Position numbers and translations under genes: made by a program | The notes under the pieces: model-generated | Database searches by the model: none | Told to the model about the DNA's origin: nothing | Seen by the model: the letters and a program-made list of their open reading frames with translations, nothing else | From: an uncultured Actinomycetes bacterium | Lineage (GTDB): Bacteria > Actinomycetota > Thermoleophilia > Gaiellales > Gaiellaceae | Reading direction: 5' to 3' | Assembly: GCA_963732465.1 (NCBI GenBank) | Contig: CAVSZQ010000005.1 | Location: 74,358-138,357 of the forward strand | DNA: 64,000 nucleotides | Shown here: in pieces, positions 19,377 to 28,125 of the stretch | Layout: every line of letters starts with the position of its first letter | How positions within the stretch are numbered: the stretch's first letter is position 1

Positions 19377-19997
19377 ATGAGCGGCCACGACCACGACCAC
19401 GATCATGAGCACGACCACGATCACGATCACGACGAGCTGAGCGAGGAGCATGCGGCGGAGCACGAGCGGGAGCTCGAGCTCGAGGCGCGCCGCATGCTCG
19501 CGCTCGCCAGGATCCGGCAGTACGGCGACGCCGTCCTCCGGATGAAGGCGCGCGAGGTCGAGTCGGTGGACGACGACGTGCGACGCCTCGCCGAGCGCAT
19601 GACCGCGCTCATGCACGAGGCGCAGGGCGTCGGGCTCGCAGCGACGCAGGTCGGAGTCCTTCGGCGGCTCTTCGTGTTCTCGGACGAAGGCGAGGACTGC
19701 GTGATCGTGAACCCGGTGATCACCAAGCGCTCCGACGAGACCGAGGTCGACGACGAGGGCTGCCTCTCGCTGCGCGAGGTGCTCGTGCCCGTCGAGCGCT
19801 CGTCCGAGGTCACCCTCGAGGGACTCGACGAGAACGGCGAGCCGGTGAAGCTCGAGCTGACGCTCCCGACCGCGCGCGTCGTGCAGCACGAGCTCGACCA
19901 TCTGGACGGCGTGCTCATCGTCGACCGCACCGACGCCGAGTCGAGGCGCACGGCGCTCGCGAAGCTGCGCCCGCAGCCCGTTCTCGGCGCGCGGTGA
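19377..19997 (+). CDS. def: Peptide deformylase with His/Asp-repeat N-terminal extension
   Basis: GVGLAATQVG, EGCLS and QHELDHLDG metal-site motifs. About 40 extra N-terminal residues include HDHDHDHEHDHDHDHD. Confidence 0.9.
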   Translation: MSGHDHDHDHEHDHDHDHDELSEEHAAEHERELELEARRMLALARIRQYGDAVLRMKAREVESVDDDVRRLAERMTALMHEAQGVGLAATQVGVLRRLFVFSDEGEDCVIVNPVITKRSDETEVDDEGCLSLREVLVPVERSSEVTLEGLDENGEPVKLELTLPTARVVQHELDHLDGVLIVDRTDAESRRTALAKLRPQPVLGAR

Positions 19998-20805
19998 CAG
20001 CGCCGATCGCCGTTGCAGCCACCGCGCCGTTCGGCGCCGACGTCCTCGAACGCCTCGCCGGCTCGCACGAGATCAGCACCGTCCTGACCCGACCGGACGC
20101 GCCGGCCGGGCGCGGCCGGCGGCTGACGGCCCCACCCGCGAAGCGCGTCGCCGATCGGCTGGGAATCCGCGTCGTGCAGCCAGAGAAGCTCGAGCCGGGG
20201 CTCGATCTCGGCGGTGCCCGAACGGTCGTGGTCGTCGCCTACGGGCGCCTCATCCCAGAGGAGCTGCTCGCGGAGAGGCTCTGGCTCAACGTCCATCCTT
20301 CGCTTCTTCCGCGCTGGCGCGGGGCGGCCCCCGTCGAGCGCGCGCTCATGGCCGGCGACGTCGAGACGGGAGTGACGATTCATCGCACGGTGAAGGAGCT
20401 CGACGCGGGGCCGATCGCCGACGCAGGCGGCCGTTCCTCGTCGAGGAGGACGACGACGCGGGCGAGGTCTACGCGAGAGCCGCCGAGCTCGCAGCGGGCC
20501 TGCTCGACGACGTCCTCGCCGATCCGAGCCCCGACTTCCGCCCGCAGCCCGAGGACGGAGCGACGTACGCGCCCAAGATCGAGCCCGACGACCGCCTCCT
20601 CGACCTCGCACGCCCCGCGCGCGAGCTCGTCGACGTCGTCCGCGCCCTCTCCCCGCACATCGGCGCGCGCACCGAGCTGCACGGGAAGCCCGTGACCGTC
20701 TGGCGCGCGCGGGTCGGCGAAGACGGCAAGTTCGAGCCGCTCGAGGTGCAGCCCGACGGCGGCCGCCTGATGGAGTACGACGCGTGGCTGCGCGGGCTGC
20801 GATAG
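19994..20805 (+). pseudogene. fmt: Methionyl-tRNA formyltransferase, reading frame broken once (about 20417-20431)
   Basis: The N-terminal part (HPSLLPRWRGAAPVERA..ELDAGPIA) is in the frame of 19994. The C-terminal part (RPFLVEEDDDAGEVYARAAEL..LEVQPDGGRLMEYDAWLRGLR-stop at 20803-20805) is in the -1 frame. Confidence 0.85.
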
Positions 20806-22025
20806 CGCCGGCGCGAGCCGCCGCGTTCGAGGTGCTGCGCCGCGTCTTCGAGGACGACGCCTACGCGGACCGCGCGTTCCGGTCGGCAGCAGCCGGGCTC
20901 GACGAGCGTGACCGTGCGCTCGCGCAGCGCCTGGCGTTCGGGGCGGTGCAGAGGGTGCGCACGCTCGACCACGCGATCGAGACCCTCGGACGCCGCCGCG
21001 TCCACCGCCTCGACGCGCCGGTGCGGGCCGCGCTCCGTCTCGGCGCGTACCAGCTCGCATTCGTGGACGGCGTCCCGCGCTACGCCGCGGTCAACGAGTC
21101 GGTCGAGCTCGTTCGCCGCGCGGGGCTCGCGCGGGCGGTCGCGTTCACCAACGCCGTCCTCAGACGCCTCGCGGACGGGATCGAGGCCCTGCTGGCCGGC
21201 CTACCCGAGAGCAGCGCGCGCGAGGCCGCGCTCAAGCACTCGTATCCCGACTGGGTCGCGGAGACGTGGTGGCGCGACCTCGGCCCGGACGGGTCGCTCG
21301 CGCTCATGCACTCGCTGAACGAGCCCGGCGAGCTCACGGTTCGGCTCGTTCGTGGCGAGATCGACGGCACGCCGACCGATGTCCCGGGCGCCTGGCGAGT
21401 CGAGCGGATAGACGACGTCGCGCTCGCCGACGGCCGGATCTGGCCTCAGAGCCGGGCGTCGCAGCTCGTCGGGCTCGCGGTCGGGGCGCGCGAAGGGGAA
21501 CGAACCCTCGACCTGTGCGCCGCGCCCGGCGGAAAGGCGGCGATGCTCGCGGGCGAGGTCGTCGCGGTCGACGTGAACGAGGCGCGAGCGCGCGAGCTCG
21601 AGGAGGCGATCGCGCGGCTTCAGGCCACGAACGTGCGCGTCGTCGTCGCCGACGGGCGAGCGCTGCCATCCGAGCTCGACGGCTTCGACCGTGCACTCGT
21701 CGACGCGCCGTGCTCCGGCCTCGGGGTGCTCAACCGCCGTCCGGACCTCCGCTGGCGCGCGGAGCCGCTGCCGGAGCTCCAGCTCGAGCTCCTCCGCGCC
21801 GCCGCCGCGCGCGTGAAGCGGGGCGGCGCGGTCGTCTATTCGGTCTGCACGATCAACGCGGACGAGGCGGAGGCCGTCGTCGACGCTTCTGGGCTCGAGG
21901 TCGACCCGACGCTCGGCGACGAGTGGCCGGCGTATCGGCATGCGACCCGGCCGGAGTTCCTCCAGACGCTGCCGCACATCCACGACACCGCCGGCTTCTT
22001 CGTCGCCCGGCTCATCGCGCGCTGA
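20784..22025 (+). CDS. rsmB: 16S rRNA (cytosine967-C5)-methyltransferase
   Basis: NusB-like N-terminal domain plus DLCAAPGGK and DAPCSGLG SAM/catalytic motifs. GTG start. Confidence 0.9.
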   Translation: MAARAAIAPARAAAFEVLRRVFEDDAYADRAFRSAAAGLDERDRALAQRLAFGAVQRVRTLDHAIETLGRRRVHRLDAPVRAALRLGAYQLAFVDGVPRYAAVNESVELVRRAGLARAVAFTNAVLRRLADGIEALLAGLPESSAREAALKHSYPDWVAETWWRDLGPDGSLALMHSLNEPGELTVRLVRGEIDGTPTDVPGAWRVERIDDVALADGRIWPQSRASQLVGLAVGAREGERTLDLCAAPGGKAAMLAGEVVAVDVNEARARELEEAIARLQATNVRVVVADGRALPSELDGFDRALVDAPCSGLGVLNRRPDLRWRAEPLPELQLELLRAAAARVKRGGAVVYSVCTINADEAEAVVDASGLEVDPTLGDEWPAYRHATRPEFLQTLPHIHDTAGFFVARLIAR

Positions 22026-22845
22026 GGATCCGCCGCGCGCCCTCGACGTGCTCCGGCGACCAGGCACGCTTGGTCTCGTCCCAGCTCCACGCGAGGTTGT
22101 GCGCGACGCCCCAACCGCGGACACGCTCCCGGTCGAAGCCGAGGTCGGCGAGGACGTCGAGCCAGCGCGAGACGTAGTCGGCGTTTCGGAGAAGCCCGCT
22201 CGCTTCGAGCTCGCGCTCGCCGACCAGCGGCTTGGGGTCGATGACGAGCCACGGCTCGCGCTCGGCGCGCAGGACGTTTCCGCCGTGCAGGTCCTGGTTC
22301 ACGAGGAACGTCGCCGATCGATCGACGCTTCGGTAGACGTCGAGCGCGAACTCGAGCAGCGGTCGCTCGAAGGGCTCTCCGGCCTCGTCGTAGCAGCGCG
22401 GCATCTCGTCGGCCCACCTGTCAGCCTCGTCGGCAAGCCGGCGGAAGGGATGCGCGTCCCGGATCTCGAGCTGCAGCCGCGGGAGCAGCTCGGACACCAC
22501 TGGCGCCTCGTCGATCCCGGCGTCCCAGAGTCGCGTGCCCGGCACGCAACGCTCCATGACGAACGCGCGGTGGGCATCGTCCCGCGCGAGGACGCGAACG
22601 GCGCCGTCGCCGTTCCACAGCTCGAGCGCATCCGCCTCGGTGTCGGCCTCGAAGTGCGAAGGCGCGTTGAGCTTGAGCACGGCGTCGCCCGCCGGCACGA
22701 CGAGCGAGTGCGGCGTGTCGATCGGCTCCTCGAGCTCCAGCCCCCAGCGCTCCGCAAGCTCCTCGGCCAGCTCAGGAAGCTCCGCGAGCCAGGCGCTCTC
22801 ATGCGCAAACTCCTCGGCGAGGCTCGCAGGAACGTGCAGGCTCAC
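22012..22845 (-). CDS. Aminoglycoside/streptomycin-6-type phosphotransferase family protein (APH-like kinase)
   Basis: LVNQDLHGGNVL..VIDPKP kinase catalytic-loop pattern. GTG 22845 overlaps the tlyA stop (GTGA). Confidence 0.75.
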   Translation of the reverse strand: MSLHVPASLAEEFAHESAWLAELPELAEELAERWGLELEEPIDTPHSLVVPAGDAVLKLNAPSHFEADTEADALELWNGDGAVRVLARDDAHRAFVMERCVPGTRLWDAGIDEAPVVSELLPRLQLEIRDAHPFRRLADEADRWADEMPRCYDEAGEPFERPLLEFALDVYRSVDRSATFLVNQDLHGGNVLRAEREPWLVIDPKPLVGERELEASGLLRNADYVSRWLDVLADLGFDRERVRGWGVAHNLAWSWDETKRAWSPEHVEGARRILSAR

Positions 22846-23570
22846 GGGCGACGGCGCGCGTGCACGAGGAACTCGACGGAGCCGCGCGCGCCCGGCACCG
22901 GCGACCGAGTGGAGCTGCGGACGCTCCAATGCCCAGTCTCGAGAGCCCGAGACGCGCGCTCGACCGCCCCTGCGAGCTCGTCCTCGCTCTCCGGCGGCGT
23001 CGGCAGCGCGAGCTCGAACATCGGCTTGACGAGAGCGATCAGGTCGGCGTCATCGGCGATCCGCAGGCTCTCGAGCTGCGGGACGGCGTCGGCGACCGAG
23101 AGGTACGACAGGTCCATCGTGATCACATCCACCTGCTCCGGCACGCGTGTCTGGTCGAGCTCGCCGAGATTGACGCGCTCGAGGTCGACCACGCGCGGGT
23201 CCTGCCGGAGCGAACCGAGCAGCTGCCCGTACCCCGCGTCGACCGCGTAGACCCGCGCCGCGCCCGCTTCGAGCAGGACGCGCGTAAATCCGCCCGCCGC
23301 CGCGCCGACGTCGACCGCGACGCGCCCGGCTACCGATACGTCGAATGCGGTGAGCGCAGCGCGAAGCTTCGCCTCGCCTCGAAGCGGCGCGTCGGCGCGG
23401 AGCTCGATGCGCGCGCCCTCGGGCACGAGCGAGCGCGGGTTGTCGACGCGCTTACCGTCGACGAGCACCCCGTGCTCGGAGACGTGCGCCGCCGGATCCT
23501 CGAGATCCGGGTACGCACGCGCGAGCTCGGCTGCGAGTGGCCGAAGCGGCCGCCGGGGGCTCTTCGTCAC
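22842..23570 (-). CDS. tlyA: TlyA-family rRNA (cytidine-2-prime-O)-methyltransferase
   Basis: S4-like N-terminus (VLVDGKRV), RGEAKL, and VDVGAAAGGFT SAM motif. GTG start at 23570. Confidence 0.88.
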   Translation of the reverse strand: MTKSPRRPLRPLAAELARAYPDLEDPAAHVSEHGVLVDGKRVDNPRSLVPEGARIELRADAPLRGEAKLRAALTAFDVSVAGRVAVDVGAAAGGFTRVLLEAGAARVYAVDAGYGQLLGSLRQDPRVVDLERVNLGELDQTRVPEQVDVITMDLSYLSVADAVPQLESLRIADDADLIALVKPMFELALPTPPESEDELAGAVERASRALETGHWSVRSSTRSPVPGARGSVEFLVHARRRP

Positions 23571-23594
23571 CCGGCGAAGCTTACGATCGGGCCA

Positions 23595-24563
23595 GTGGAC
23601 GACACAGCCGGATTCCTCGAGCGCGCGCTGGCCCTCGCGGGTGAAGCGCTCGGCAACTCGCACCCGAACCCGACGGTCGGCGCCGTCGTCGTCCGCGACG
23701 GCGAGATCGTCGGCGAAGGCGTGACCGAGGGCTACCGCGGCCGCCACGGCGAGGTGGTGGCGCTCGGCGCGGCCGGAGAGCGGGCGCGCGGCGCGACGGT
23801 CTACGTCACGCTCGAGCCCTGCAACCACCACGGCTCGACCCCGCCGTGCACGGAGGCGCTGCTCGAAGCCAGGGTCGCAAGCGTCGTCGCCGGCCAGCTC
23901 GACCCGAATCCCGACGTGGCGGGCGGCGGGCTCGAGCGCCTTCGCCAGGCAGGGGTCGAGGTCGAGCTCGTGGAAGGCGAGCTCGCCTTCCGCTGCCGCC
24001 AGCAGCTCGAGGAGTGGCGCACCTGGGTCACGCTGAAGCGGCCGTTCGTGACGTACAAGGTGGCGGTGACCCTCGACGGGCGCGTGACCGTGCCCGGGGA
24101 GCGCTGGGTCACGGGTGAGGCCTCGCGGCGGCTCGTCCACGTTCTCCGCGCAGCGTCGGACGCGGTCGCGGTCGGCATGGGCACGGTGCGCTGGGACGAC
24201 CCGCGCCTCGATGCTCGCGACGTGCCGACCCCGCGTGGCCAGCCGCGCCGCCTCGCGTTCGGCCGCGGCCCGCTACCCGAGGGCTCCGAGCTCGAGCTCC
24301 GCTCGGGCCCGCTCCTCGAGGAGCTCGAGGCGCTCTCCGCCGACGGCGTGCAGTCGCTCCTGCTCGAAGGCGGGCCGACGCTCGCGGCAGCGTTCCTCGA
24401 GCAGGATCTCGTCGACAAGCTCCTCGTCTTCGTCGCGCCGACGCTCTCTGGAGACGGCGCAGGGATGGTCACGGGCCTACCGCGCAAGGTTTCGCTGACC
24501 CGACTCGAAGCGCGCTCGATCGGCGAGGACGTGCTCCTCCAGGGCTACATCCGCGAACCCTAG
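23595..24563 (+). CDS. ribD: Bifunctional riboflavin biosynthesis deaminase/reductase RibD
   Basis: HGEVVAL and TLEPCNHHGSTPPC deaminase zinc motifs plus a reductase C-terminal domain. GTG 23595 is only 24 nt from the divergent tlyA start. Confidence 0.9.
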   Translation: MDDTAGFLERALALAGEALGNSHPNPTVGAVVVRDGEIVGEGVTEGYRGRHGEVVALGAAGERARGATVYVTLEPCNHHGSTPPCTEALLEARVASVVAGQLDPNPDVAGGGLERLRQAGVEVELVEGELAFRCRQQLEEWRTWVTLKRPFVTYKVAVTLDGRVTVPGERWVTGEASRRLVHVLRAASDAVAVGMGTVRWDDPRLDARDVPTPRGQPRRLAFGRGPLPEGSELELRSGPLLEELEALSADGVQSLLLEGGPTLAAAFLEQDLVDKLLVFVAPTLSGDGAGMVTGLPRKVSLTRLEARSIGEDVLLQGYIREP

Positions 24564-24567
24564 CCCG

Positions 24568-24638
24568 TGCGCAAGAGCGGACTCCGCCTAGCAGCGGATT
24601 CCGCTCGCGCGAAGAGCCTCCGGCCGCTTCGCGGCCGC
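24568..24638 (+). repeat. Family-B repeat, copy B4 (H1 + H2)
   Basis: TGCGCAAGAGCGGACTCCGC..GCGGATTCCGCTCGCGCG..CGGCCGCTTCGCGGCCGC between ribD and ribE. Confidence 0.85.
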
Positions 24639-24693
24639 CACGGAAGAGGTCAAGAGCTGGCCAGTTTCAGTGGCGTGCCGCTACGGTCCCCAC

Positions 24694-25302
24694 ATGTTCA
24701 CCGGGATCATCCGGGAGCTCGGGCGCGTCGCCGCCGCCGAGAGCGCCGCGGGAGGGCTCGCGCTCGCGATCGAGGCTCCCGCGACGGCGTCCGGTCTCGC
24801 GACCGGCGACTCGATCTCGGTCGACGGGGTCTGCCTGACCGCCGAGACGGTCGAGAACGGACGCGTCAAACTGCACGCCGTTCCGGAGAGCCTCGCCCGC
24901 TCGACGCTCGCAAGCCTCCGCGCCGGCGACGCCGTGAACGTCGAGCCCGCCCTGAGAGCCGGAGAACCGCTCGGCGGCCACTACGTCCAGGGCCATGTCG
25001 ACGGGGTCGGGCGAATCCAGTCCGTCGAGGCCGAGGGCGACGGCCTGCGCGTCTTCGTGGAGGCTCCGGCGGAGATCCTGCGCTACTGCGTCGAGAAGGG
25101 CTCGATCGCGGTCGACGGCGTGTCGCTGACCATCGCCGAGCTGGCAGACGACGCTTTCGCGGTCGCACTCGTCCCGCACACGCTCGACGCGACGACGCTG
25201 TCCGAGCTCGCTCCGGGCGATGCCGTCAACCTCGAGGTCGACGTCCTCGCGAAGTACGTGGAGCGGCTCCTGGGAGCACGAGGGCTACGATCACCGGAGT
25301 GA
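24694..25302 (+). CDS. ribE: Riboflavin synthase
   Basis: [11 protein letters not shown]-terminus and two lumazine-binding repeats ([10 protein letters not shown] / [10 protein letters not shown]). Confidence 0.92.
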   Translation: MFTGIIRELGRVAAAESAAGGLALAIEAPATASGLATGDSISVDGVCLTAETVENGRVKLHAVPESLARSTLASLRAGDAVNVEPALRAGEPLGGHYVQGHVDGVGRIQSVEAEGDGLRVFVEAPAEILRYCVEKGSIAVDGVSLTIAELADDAFAVALVPHTLDATTLSELAPGDAVNLEVDVLAKYVERLLGARGLRSPE

Positions 25303-26585
25303 GCCTCGACGTGAGAGAGACCGGTACGACCTCGCCGTTCGCGGCGATCGAAGCTGCAGTCGAGGACTTCCGGGCCGGGAAGTTCGTCGTCGTCGTCGAC
25401 GACGCCGATCGCGAGAACGAGGGCGACCTCACAATCGCCGCGCAGTTCGTCACGCCGGACGCGGTGAACTTCATGGCCACGTACGGCCGCGGGCTCATCT
25501 GCCTCTGCCTCACGCCCGAGCGCTGCGACGAGCTCGAGCTGCGGCCGATGACGGATCACAACGAGGCGCCCCTCAACACCGCGTTCACGGTCTCGATCGA
25601 GGCGCGCGAGGGCGTCTCCACCGGCATCTCGGCGCACGACCGAGCGCGGACGATCCAGGTTGCGATCGACCCCGCGACCGTCCCGCACGACCTCGTCCAG
25701 CCGGGCCACGTCTTCCCGCTTCGCGCCAAGCCGGGCGGCGTCCTCCAGCGCGCCGGCCAGACGGAGGCCGCAGTCGATCTCGCGCGGCTCGCCGGCGTCA
25801 TCCCCGCAGGCGTCGTCTGCGAGATCATGAACGAGGACGGGACGATGGCCCGCGTTCCGGACCTCGTCGCCTTCTGCGAGCGCCACGACCTCAAGATGAT
25901 CACGGTCGCCGACCTGATCGAGTACCGGCGGCGCACGGAGAAGCTCGTCGAGCGAGTCGTGTCGGTCGCGCTCCCGACCGACTACGGCCGCTTCCAGGCG
26001 GTCGCGTACCGCGAGCTGCTCGACTCGAGCAAGCGGCACGTCGCGCTCGTGAAGGGCGACGTCGAGGGCGTCGAGAACGTCCTCGTCCGCGTCCACTCCG
26101 AGTGCCTGACCGGCGATGTCTTCCACTCGCTGCTCTGCGACTGCGGCGAGCAGCTCGAGCAGTCGCTTCGACAGATCGAGGCGGAGGGGCGAGGCGTCGT
26201 CCTGTACATGTCGCAGGAGGGGCGCGGGATCGGGCTCCTCAACAAGCTCAAGGCGTACGAGCTGCAGGCGAACGGGCTCGACACCGTGGAGGCGAACCTC
26301 GAGCTCGGCTTCCCGGCCGACGCGCGCGAGTGGGGGATCGGGAACCAGATCCTCGCCGACCTCGGCCTGACGACGATCCGCATCCTCACGAACAACCCGT
26401 CGAAGCTCAGCGGGCTCGACGGCTTCGGGCTCACCGTCGTCGAGCAGGTGCCGATCGAGGTCGAGCCGCAGCCGGAGAACGAGCGCTATCTGGCCGCCAA
26501 GCGTGAGAAGCTGGGGCACACGATCACGAAGCTCCACCACCAGGGTGTGCGCCTGGAGCCCGAATCCGAGCCGGAGGATCAGTGA
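25299..26585 (+). CDS. ribBA: Bifunctional 3,4-dihydroxy-2-butanone-4-phosphate synthase / GTP cyclohydrolase II
   Basis: DRENEGDL (DHBP synthase) and [20 protein letters not shown] (GCH II zinc site). GTGA overlap with ribE. Confidence 0.93.
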   Translation: MSLDVRETGTTSPFAAIEAAVEDFRAGKFVVVVDDADRENEGDLTIAAQFVTPDAVNFMATYGRGLICLCLTPERCDELELRPMTDHNEAPLNTAFTVSIEAREGVSTGISAHDRARTIQVAIDPATVPHDLVQPGHVFPLRAKPGGVLQRAGQTEAAVDLARLAGVIPAGVVCEIMNEDGTMARVPDLVAFCERHDLKMITVADLIEYRRRTEKLVERVVSVALPTDYGRFQAVAYRELLDSSKRHVALVKGDVEGVENVLVRVHSECLTGDVFHSLLCDCGEQLEQSLRQIEAEGRGVVLYMSQEGRGIGLLNKLKAYELQANGLDTVEANLELGFPADAREWGIGNQILADLGLTTIRILTNNPSKLSGLDGFGLTVVEQVPIEVEPQPENERYLAAKREKLGHTITKLHHQGVRLEPESEPEDQ

Positions 26586-27424
26586 ACCGCGACATCGACG
26601 ACTCGAGCGAGAACGTGCTCTCGCAGTTGCCGCACGAGCAGGACGCCCCGGAGGACCCGCCCGCCGACGAGGCCGAGGCAAGCGCCCAAGCCTGGGGAGC
26701 AGGAACCTCGGAGCCCGCCGCCGCCCCGTTCGACGGCGCGGCTGAGGAAGAGACGGACGTCGACCCGCGCCTCGAGGAGCACTCGGTCGAGGCGGTGGCG
26801 GCGCCGCAACCGTCCGTCGAGGAAGAGCTCGAGGAGGAGGACGACGCGGACGCGGGCGTCACGGAGGACGAGCCCGACTTCGGCGGCGACGACGGAGCAG
26901 GCATTCCGCTCGAGCCCTCGCTCGAGCACGCGGCGGGCGACCTCGAGATCCCGGAGGGCTACGCGGTACTGGAAGGCGTCTCGGACGGTGGTCGCCGGGC
27001 GGTCGGCGTCGTCGTCGCGCGCTTCAACGGGAGCGTCACCTCTCGGCTGCTCGAGCGCGCGCTGTCGGAGCTCGACGTGGCCGGAGTCCGCCGCGAGGCG
27101 ATCACGATCATGGTCGTGCCGGGCGCATTCGAGCTTCCGCTCGCGGCGACCGCGCTCGCGAAGACGCGCCACTTCGCCTGCATCGTCGCGCTCGGCTGCG
27201 TCATCCGCGGCGACACGCCGCACTTCGAGTACGTCGCGAGCGAGGCCGCCAGCGGGCTCCAGCTCGCCGCGCTCGAGACGGGCGTGCCGGTGTCGTTCGG
27301 CGTCCTGACGCTCGAGCGGGTCGAGCAGGCCGAGCCGCGGATCGAGAAGGGGGCCGAAGCCGTTCGCAGCGCGCTCGAGATGGCGGACGTCTTCTCGCAC
27401 CTGCGCGCAGCCGCGGCCCGGTGA
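26582..27424 (+). CDS. ribH: 6,7-dimethyl-8-ribityllumazine synthase with a ~125-aa acidic N-terminal extension
   Basis: The C-terminal ~155 aa are canonical RibH (VVVARFNG..VPGAFELP..ALGCVIRGDTPHFEYV). The upstream 125 codons are in the same frame with high third-position GC. GTG 26582 overlaps the ribBA stop. Confidence 0.88.
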   Translation: MNRDIDDSSENVLSQLPHEQDAPEDPPADEAEASAQAWGAGTSEPAAAPFDGAAEEETDVDPRLEEHSVEAVAAPQPSVEEELEEEDDADAGVTEDEPDFGGDDGAGIPLEPSLEHAAGDLEIPEGYAVLEGVSDGGRRAVGVVVARFNGSVTSRLLERALSELDVAGVRREAITIMVVPGAFELPLAATALAKTRHFACIVALGCVIRGDTPHFEYVASEAASGLQLAALETGVPVSFGVLTLERVEQAEPRIEKGAEAVRSALEMADVFSHLRAAAAR

Positions 27425-27437
27425 GATTCGGGGCGCT

Positions 27438-27520
27438 GGGGTCAGGCTTCAGCCTGACCCCGTTCTGAGGTTTGCGCTGCGCGGCAACCCAACACCGAGG
27501 TCAGGCTGAAGCCTGACCCC
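27438..27520 (+). repeat. Family-A REP-like element, copy A2
   Basis: Hairpins 27438-27461 and 27499-27520 between ribH and rpmB. Confidence 0.85.
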
Positions 27521-27549
27521 AGCCGGCTTCGGCTAAACTGCCCGGCCGC

Positions 27550-27741
27550 ATGTCCAAGATCTGCGCCATCTGCGGGAAGAAGCCCGGCTTCGGCAACACG
27601 CGGAGCCACTCGATGGTCGCCACCCGGCGCCGCTTCAACCCGAACCTCCAGCGTGTCCGCGTCATGCTCGACGGACGTGCGCAGCGGGCATACGTCTGCA
27701 CGCGCTGCCTCAAAGCCGGCAAGGTCGAGAAGGCCCTCTAA
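27550..27741 (+). CDS. rpmB: 50S ribosomal protein L28
   Basis: MSKICAICGKKPGFGNTRSHSMVATRRRFNPNLQ. Confidence 0.95.
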   Translation: MSKICAICGKKPGFGNTRSHSMVATRRRFNPNLQRVRVMLDGRAQRAYVCTRCLKAGKVEKAL

Positions 27742-27822
27742 GACCGCTGGGCGTCCCGTAGAGTCGCGCCGTGGAACGGCAGCTCTACGACGTCGGCGCA
27801 GTCGGCTCTCGGCCGGATCGCG

Positions 27823-28125
27823 ATGTCCCATGACGCGATCGTCCAGATCGTCGGTCACGCGGCTGCGGAGAGCTACGGCGTGGTCGCACTCGCGGGCCGC
27901 GGCCGATGGTCGCGGCTGCTGCCGTGGGGAATCAAGAAGGGCGTCGACGTCACGCGGCGCGAAGACGGGCTCGTGATCGAGCTTCGTGTCGTGGTCGAGC
28001 ACGGGCTCAAGCTCGCCGAGGTCGGGACCGCGGTGCGGACGCGCGTCCAGTACGAGATCGAGCGCATGGTCGGGATCCCGATTGCCGCCCTCGAGGTCCA
28101 CATCGAGGACGTGCGGGGCGGCTGA
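27823..28125 (+). CDS. Asp23/Gls24-family envelope stress protein
   Basis: Family-like sequence (IVGHAAAESYGVV..VEHGLKLAEVG..IEDV) and conserved position upstream of yloV. Confidence 0.85.
   Translation: MSHDAIVQIVGHAAAESYGVVALAGRGRWSRLLPWGIKKGVDVTRREDGLVIELRVVVEHGLKLAEVGTAVRTRVQYEIERMVGIPIAALEVHIEDVRGG

Noticed and set aside
23571-24693. FMN riboswitch in front of the rib operon
   Set aside because: Only 24 nt separate the divergent tlyA and ribD starts. The ribD-ribE gap is fully accounted for by a family-B repeat. No FMN-element core sequence was seen.
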